Part shown: in pieces, positions 58,744-64,000 of the stretch
Numbering within the stretch: the stretch's first letter is position 1
How the letters are laid out: each line of letters opens with the position of its first letter
Assembly (NCBI GenBank): GCA_963667465.2
Contig: CAXXDN010000002.1
Location: 480,001 to 544,000, forward strand
Direction: 5' to 3'
Length of the DNA: 64,000 nucleotides
DNA from: Dehalococcoidia bacterium
GTDB lineage: Bacteria > Chloroflexota > Dehalococcoidia > UBA2979
The notes under the pieces: generated by a model
Database searches by the model: none
What the model was told of the DNA's origin: nothing
Seen by the model: the letters and a program-made list of their open reading frames with translations, nothing else
Position numbers and translations under genes: made by a program

Positions 58744-60308
58744 GGGGCGTTCGCCCGCTCGTAGGCTTCGAGGGCGCGCGCGACGACCTGCTCGATGCCG
58801 AGGCTGTCGGTATCGAGGATCACCGCGTCCGGCGCGGCCTGCTCCGGGTGGATCGCGCGCTTGCCGGTCTGGTCAAGGCCGTCGCGGCGCGCGGTTTCCT
58901 CGATGACGCGCTCCAGGTCCGTCTCGCGGCCGGCGGCCAGCTCCTCGGCGAGGCGGCGGCGGGCGCGCACCTCGATCGAAGCGGCAAGGAAGATCTTCGC
59001 CCGCGCGTCGGTGAGCACGCGCGTGCCGATGTCGCGCCCGGCCATCACCACCGGGCTGCGCTCGGCGACTGAGCGCTGCAGCCGCACCAGCTCGTCGCGC
59101 ACCTCCGGCACGCGCGAGATCAGTGAGACGCTCGCCTCGATCGCCGGCTCGCGCAGGCCCTCGGTCACGTCCTCGCCGTCGACCGAGACGCGAGGCGTCT
59201 CCGGCTGCGGCCACGTCACATCGAGGTCGGCCGAGCGCACGCGGGCGATCACGGCCGCGGAGTCCGCGGCGTCGATGCCCGCGTCGAAGACGGCGCGCGT
59301 GCAGGCGCGGTACATCATGCCGGTATCGAGGAAGCCGAAGCCGAGCCGCCGGGCGAGCGCGCGCCCGACGGCGCTCTTGCCGGAGGCGGTCGGCCCGTCA
59401 AGCGCCAGGCTGCGCGCGGCCGGCTCGCTCGAGGCCTCGCCTGCCTGGGGTGGCGGCACGGGGGATTGTGGCGACGGGGATTGGGCAGCGATCGCGCGTG
59501 CCTCCGTCCCCGTACCGGCGGTCGCCCTCGAGGCGTCCGCGGCCAGCGTGCGCCGCGATGATATGGAGGCCGCCTCCGGCGAGTCCAGCAGCCCGACCAG
59601 TGCGAGCAACGCCCGCTCCTCGGCGGCGTCGAGTGGCCGCGAGGCGCCCGCCGCGAGATCGCCGAGTTCGAGACCGCCGACGGAGGTGCGGATCAGCCGC
59701 CGCACCGGGTGGCCGACGGCGTCCAGCATGCGCCGTAGCTGGCGCTTGCGGCCCTCGTGCAGCACGAGGCGCAGCCAGGCGCCGCGGCCATCGCGGCGCA
59801 GCAGCTCCGCCCCGGCCGGTGCGGTCGGGCCGTCGTCCAGCTCGACGCCCTCGCGCAGGCGGGCCAGCGCCGAGGCGTCCGGGACGCCATCGACGAGCGC
59901 CTGGTAGGTCTTGTCGACGCGATGGCGGGGGTGCATCAGGCGGTGCGCCAGCTCGCCGTGCGTGGTCAGCAGCAGCAGGCCCTCGCTGTCGCGGTCCAGC
60001 CGCCCGACGTGCCGCAGGCTCGCCGGCGGGTCGTCAAGCAGGTCGAACACCGTCGCGCGGCCGCGCTCGTCCGAGGCAGTCACCAGGACGCCTCGTGGCT
60101 TGTGCAGCAGCAGCGTGAGCTCGGGCGGGAGCGGGGGCAGCGGCGAGCCGTCGACGGTGATCACGCTGGCGGCGGAGTCGGCGCGGCGGCCGAGCTCGGC
60201 GACGGCGCCATCGACGCTCACACGGCCGTCGCTGATCAGCGCCTCGACGCTGCGGCGGCTGCCGAAGCCGTGGCGAGCGAGGATCTTCTGGAGCCGCTCC
60301 TCGGTCAC
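58740..60308 (-). CDS. rluB-cmk: Fused pseudouridine synthase (RluB/RsuA family) and cytidylate kinase
   Basis: ERLQKILA..SRR S4 domain, VGRLDRDSEGLLLLT, EGRKRQLRRM; ~60-aa linker; DGPTASGKS, LDTGMMYRA, GRDIGT. Single frame, no stop. Confidence 0.88.
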   Translation of the reverse strand: MTEERLQKILARHGFGSRRSVEALISDGRVSVDGAVAELGRRADSAASVITVDGSPLPPLPPELTLLLHKPRGVLVTASDERGRATVFDLLDDPPASLRHVGRLDRDSEGLLLLTTHGELAHRLMHPRHRVDKTYQALVDGVPDASALARLREGVELDDGPTAPAGAELLRRDGRGAWLRLVLHEGRKRQLRRMLDAVGHPVRRLIRTSVGGLELGDLAAGASRPLDAAEERALLALVGLLDSPEAASISSRRTLAADASRATAGTGTEARAIAAQSPSPQSPVPPPQAGEASSEPAARSLALDGPTASGKSAVGRALARRLGFGFLDTGMMYRACTRAVFDAGIDAADSAAVIARVRSADLDVTWPQPETPRVSVDGEDVTEGLREPAIEASVSLISRVPEVRDELVRLQRSVAERSPVVMAGRDIGTRVLTDARAKIFLAASIEVRARRRLAEELAAGRETDLERVIEETARRDGLDQTGKRAIHPEQAAPDAVILDTDSLGIEQVVARALEAYERANAP

Positions 60309-60317
60309 GGGCGGGCG

Positions 60318-60608
60318 CTAGCCCTGGCGTCGGCGGAAGCGCTCGACGATCAGCCAGTCGGTGATCTCGGTGCGCGTGATCGCGCCGGAGCGGAAGGGCG
60401 AGAGCACTCGCAGGAGCGTTCCGCCGAGGGCAACCCGCAGCGCGTACTCCGCGGCGAGCGCCGCCCCAGCCACGAGCAGCGAGCGTTGCACCACGGGCAG
60501 CACGCCCGCTGGCACGAGGCTCACGACGCGCGCCGGGAGCCCTTCGCGACGCCGCACGAGCCCCCTTCGGCCCGTCGGCCGCGGCGCCGGCAGATAGCGC
60601 TCCGCCAT
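60318..60608 (-). CDS. Hypothetical protein (96 aa)
   Basis: GAGGAGGG SD; stop just upstream of the rluB start. Confidence 0.65.
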   Translation of the reverse strand: MAERYLPAPRPTGRRGLVRRREGLPARVVSLVPAGVLPVVQRSLLVAGAALAAEYALRVALGGTLLRVLSPFRSGAITRTEITDWLIVERFRRRQG

Positions 60609-60713
60609 GCCCTGCCCTCCTCGTGGGGACGCCGTCAGCCTAGCGTGCGGGCTTGTGTCGGGCTAGAAAGGTCATGCGCAAAGCGCCAACGGTCGCTACA
60701 CGAGGAGGAAGGC

Positions 60714-61232
60714 ATGCTGCAACGGGGAACGGCACTGGCGGTCGGCCTGGCGCTGGCTCTCGTCCTCGCCGCCTGCGGCGGGTCGGACGGGGACCCGCCC
60801 GGCGACGAGGCCACCGCAACACCGGCGTCCGCACCGGTGGCCACTGCCACGCCCACGGCGGAGCCCACACCTGCCGAGGCCGCGACCGGGGAGGCCGCAG
60901 CTGCCGGGGGCGTGGACATTGTGGAGCACCTCCGCGAGAAGACCATGCAGCTGTGGGAGGTCTACAACACGTACGACGCCGACGCCCTCGCGGCCTTCTA
61001 TGAGCCGGGCTACTGGGCGGAGCAGGAGGAGGAGGTCCGGGCAAACCTGCGGCCCTTCAGAACCTTTGGCACAAAGGTCGACGCCGAGGAAACATCGTCG
61101 CCCACGGAGATCGAGCCGGGCAAATGGGAGACCAAACACACCGCCAGCTTCAGCTTCGGTTCAGTGAAGATGATCTTCATCTGGGAGCAGTTCGACGGCG
61201 AGTGGCTGCTCACCTACGCCGAAGACCAGTAG
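60714..61232 (+). CDS. Lipoprotein with PT linker and NTF2-like domain
   Basis: Lipobox LAAC, GAGGAGGAAGG SD, WEVYNTYDADALAAFY...DGEWLL. Confidence 0.8.
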   Translation: MLQRGTALAVGLALALVLAACGGSDGDPPGDEATATPASAPVATATPTAEPTPAEAATGEAAAAGGVDIVEHLREKTMQLWEVYNTYDADALAAFYEPGYWAEQEEEVRANLRPFRTFGTKVDAEETSSPTEIEPGKWETKHTASFSFGSVKMIFIWEQFDGEWLLTYAEDQ

Positions 61233-61256
61233 GACGGCTGTCCTGCGTGGCCGATT

Positions 61257-62081
61257 CTAATGGTCTGTAATCTCGTTGTCCGGGCTCTTCGACTGATGGG
61301 GCGGCGATTCAATGGCCGATCGTGTTACGCGCCTGCTGACGAGCGAACTGCGCATGACTGACTTCACAACTTCGGCGAACCACGGCGCGACGTCCGGCGA
61401 GAGGATAATTGCCTTCACTAGGATTTCAAGATCTACAGGTACGTATCGGCCTCGCTGCGCGGCTACATCCGGATCAAGGGGAACATCCGATGCTGCCTGA
61501 GGATAGCCTTTGAGCCATTCGTCAAATGGTGGCCCAGGCAGAACGGCGCGCACCTCATCTTCTCCACGGTATTCGATCCGCTTATGGAAGAGTGGTGCCC
61601 AACCAAGCCTTGGCACTTCTCTCCTTCGGTAGTCAACGTACTCGACTTGTCCGAATGTGACCGGCGGCGCGCCAACCGAGCGAATCGACTTCTGTAAGTC
61701 TTCGAAGGTGGTTCGAATCGCTACTCCCTCCGAGCCGGCGTAGGCGTCCCACATTAGCCTTGACTCATGGCAGGATTCCGTCCAGCAGCTTATCAAGGAG
61801 GCCTGCGTAATCTTGCGCAGGACTTCGTGGCCGAGGCGCTCGGCTTGTTGCAGCCGCTCTTCTCGCTCTTGGGGTGTTGGCGGGTTGATGAATCCTTCGT
61901 ACTTGTCCTCCATGTCTCCGACCAGGGAGAAGAACAGTGCCTTCCGTTCCAGCAGGGAGCAGAACTTTGCGAAGCTCATGTAGCGCCATAGCGTGGCAGT
62001 TGCCTCTGGTGCCGACGGCTCCCAGGAGTCCCCCCAACGGGCGTCAACACCGGAAAACAACCGTTGAGCGCCCAAAGCCAT
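61257..62081 (-). CDS. DUF2971-like protein with visibly lower GC
   Basis: LWRYMSFAKF..L..KALFF...DKYEG, ISCW...MWDAY...GVAIRT, VEYVDY, FHKR..YRGEDEVRA. Start uncertain. Confidence 0.75.
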   Translation of the reverse strand: MALGAQRLFSGVDARWGDSWEPSAPEATATLWRYMSFAKFCSLLERKALFFSLVGDMEDKYEGFINPPTPQEREERLQQAERLGHEVLRKITQASLISCWTESCHESRLMWDAYAGSEGVAIRTTFEDLQKSIRSVGAPPVTFGQVEYVDYRRREVPRLGWAPLFHKRIEYRGEDEVRAVLPGPPFDEWLKGYPQAASDVPLDPDVAAQRGRYVPVDLEILVKAIILSPDVAPWFAEVVKSVMRSSLVSRRVTRSAIESPPHQSKSPDNEITDH

Positions 62082-62146
62082 CCCGATCAGCGGCTTCCCA
62101 TACTCGTATGTCAATCTCGTAGTCCCCTTCAGCCTTGGGTGCGTAG

Positions 62147-62965
62147 CTACGCGCGCCCCAACTGCGCGTCCACCTCCGCCGTCAGGTCCGCGGGCTCCGC
62201 GCGGGCGCCCTCGGCGTCGAGGATGAGCGGGCCCTCGACGCGGCGGCGGGCGGCGGCGAACTCGGCGAGGGTGGCGACGACCAGCGGGGCCTCGCGGGCG
62301 ACTCCGCGCGCGCGGATCGCGGCGAACAGCTCGGAGGCGTCGAGGGTTGCGTCGTCGAGGTCGGCGGGGGGGCCGGGGAGCTGCTTGCGCAGGGCTTCGA
62401 GCTCGGGGTCGCCTAGCGAGTAGCGGCAGTAGGCGACCACCGGACCCTCGTCCACCTCGGCGATGGCGCGGTGCAGCATCACGCCGCTCTCCTCCGCGCC
62501 CTCGCGGATCAGCTGGCGGATCACGGCCTGCCACATACCCGCCGGGCCCGTCGGCAGCGCCGGGTGCAGGTTCAGCACGGCGTGCCGCTCGACGAACTCG
62601 CGCTCGAGGATCAGCATGTAGCCGGCCAGCATCCCGATGTCGAAGGGGTGCGCCGCCAGGTCCTCGTCCACCAGCCGGTCGTACTCCAGCCGCCACGCGG
62701 GCAGCGGCTCGCCGGGGCGCGAGAGCTTGCCGTCGACGGACCGCCGGTAATGGACCGAGGAGCGTGTGACCAGCGGCGTGCCGCCCTCGGCGACGAGGTC
62801 GAAGAAGGAGTCGGTCGCCCCGGACTCGCCGCGCTCGCGGTTGCAGAAGACGACGGCCAGCTCGGCGTCCATCGCGCCGGCGTCGATGGCGGCGCGCACG
62901 GCCTCGAACATCGCGCGTGACCCGGGACCGCGCGCGGTCGTGAACCAGCCGATGCGCAGCGTCAC
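62147..62965 (-). CDS. purN: Phosphoribosylglycinamide formyltransferase-like protein
   Basis: VVFCNR, LAGYML, LNLHPALP, SGVMLH..EVDEGPV. Confidence 0.8.
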   Translation of the reverse strand: MTLRIGWFTTARGPGSRAMFEAVRAAIDAGAMDAELAVVFCNRERGESGATDSFFDLVAEGGTPLVTRSSVHYRRSVDGKLSRPGEPLPAWRLEYDRLVDEDLAAHPFDIGMLAGYMLILEREFVERHAVLNLHPALPTGPAGMWQAVIRQLIREGAEESGVMLHRAIAEVDEGPVVAYCRYSLGDPELEALRKQLPGPPADLDDATLDASELFAAIRARGVAREAPLVVATLAEFAAARRRVEGPLILDAEGARAEPADLTAEVDAQLGRA

Positions 62966-62978
62966 CGCGGCCTCGCCG

Positions 62979-63227
62979 TCATCGCGCGTCCGACTCGCCG
63001 GCGTAGGCCTCGCGCAGCTGCTCGATGCGCTGTTCGGCCTCGCTGAGCAGGCGCTGGCAGCGCTGGGCGAGCGTCATGCCTTCCTCGTAGAGCGCGACGG
63101 CGCGGTCGAGCGCGACGTCGCCGGTCTCGAGCTGTGCGGTGACTTCCTCGAGGCGCTCGAACAGTGCCTCGAAGGATTCGCCGGCTGCTTCCGGGGTGGT
63201 TGGGTCCGGGAGTTCGGCCTGGGCCAT
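62979..63227 (-). CDS. xseB: Exodeoxyribonuclease VII small subunit
   Basis: SFEALFERLEEV..LETGDVALD.AVALYEEGM.LAQRC..LL.EAEQRI. Confidence 0.95.
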   Translation of the reverse strand: MAQAELPDPTTPEAAGESFEALFERLEEVTAQLETGDVALDRAVALYEEGMTLAQRCQRLLSEAEQRIEQLREAYAGESDAR

Positions 63228-63262
63228 GGTGTCCCTTCGCTTCTTCTTCGGTCGGCTGGGGA

Positions 63263-63370
63263 CCCCCTCACCCCCGCCCTCTCCCGCCGGGGGAGGGGGG
63301 GCCGGAGTGGAGGGGACCGCCTCACTTCCGCCTTCTCCCTCGGGGAGAGGGGGCCGGACGGAGGAGGGGG
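63263..63370. repeat. Pair of REP-like G/C-rich palindromic elements between xseA and xseB
   Basis: CCCTCACCCCCGCCCTCTCCCGCCGGGGGAGGGGG and CCTCACTTCCGCCTTCTCCCTCGGGGAGAGGGGG, each followed by GCCGGA..GGAGG. Confidence 0.75.
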
Positions 63371-63395
63371 TTCGGCTGCGGCCGTCCGCGCCCCG

Positions 63396-64000
63396 TCAGT
63401 CCTCGATGCGCGCGCGGCGGAGGCCGTCGCGCAGGCGCAATGCTACCGCCTCGCCGCGCTGCAGGGCCGCCGCCGAGGTTGCCAGCGTGCCGTCGGCGTG
63501 CTCGACGATGGCGTAGCCGCGCTCCAGCGTGGCCTGCGGCGAGAGCGCGCCGAGCCGCCCGGCGATCGCTGCCGTGCGCTCGCGCGCGAGGCCGAGGCGA
63601 TCGCCGAGGGCGCTCGCGGCCGCCGCCTCGTGCCACTCGATCGCGCGCCGCCATTCGGGGAGATCGGGCAGCGCGGCGTCGAGCGCCGCGCTCTGGCGGA
63701 CGGTGCGCTCGTGGGCGTCGCGCAGCAGGCGCGCCAGCCGGGTCTCGCCACGGCGCGAGATGGCGTCGATGCGCTGGGCGACCTCGCTGCGGTCGGGCGC
63801 GACCAGCTCGGCGGCGGCCGAGGGGGTGGGCGCGCGCAGGTCGGCGACGAGGTCGGCGAGCGTGGTGTCGGTCTCGTGGCCGACGGCGGAGACGACGGGC
63901 ACGGGCGATGCGAAGATCGCGCGGCCGACCGGCTCCTCGTTGAAGGCCTGCAGGTCCTCGGCGGCTCCACCGCCTCGCGCGAGAATGATCACGTCCGGCT
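63396..64000 (-). CDS. xseA: Exodeoxyribonuclease VII large subunit (3' part; runs off the window)
   Basis: [53 protein letters not shown]. Confidence 0.96.
   Translation of the reverse strand, partial: PDVIILARGGGAAEDLQAFNEEPVGRAIFASPVPVVSAVGHETDTTLADLVADLRAPTPSAAAELVAPDRSEVAQRIDAISRRGETRLARLLRDAHERTVRQSAALDAALPDLPEWRRAIEWHEAAAASALGDRLGLARERTAAIAGRLGALSPQATLERGYAIVEHADGTLATSAAALQRGEAVALRLRDGLRRARIED

Noticed and set aside
61257-62696. 479-aa ORF read as a PurN-overlapping fusion
   Set aside because: The first ~200 codons are an alternative frame of purN with no protein-like features. Only the part from ~62081 is credible.

Overview
High-GC bacterial chromosome segment. Gene content suggests Chloroflexota, class Dehalococcoidia: several luciferase-like monooxygenases and SnoaL proteins, an atypical PurN, and a plant-type LRR surface protein that hints at a sponge/host-associated lineage. 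This taxonomy is an inference. The first ~8.5 kb is an accessory patch. It holds scrambled fragments of a DNA methyltransferase and a probable conjugative coupling protein, then a complete NHLM-type peptide export operon, then a doubly truncated MMPL gene fused to a truncated adhesin. The export operon has a near-consensus promoter, two paralogous double-glycine-leader precursors (one absent from the ORF track), a shortened membrane-fusion protein and two ABC transporters, but no modifying enzyme. The rest is mostly core and metabolic genes: msrA, pcrA, mazG, rpoD, dnaG, glmS, lactate permease, ppdK, plsC, purN, xseAB and tRNA-Phe. Hidden oddities include a UGSC selenoprotein read through UGA with a SECIS-like hairpin and fused to a large partner domain, and a circularly permuted CcdA. 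There is also a hicA toxin frameshifted by a perfect 14-bp duplication, an FtsX-type ABC system with two degenerate ATPases, an RluB-Cmk fusion, an FmdB protein with a GGM-repeat tail, and at least six apparently leaderless genes. All product calls come from motif recognition by eye, not database searches.
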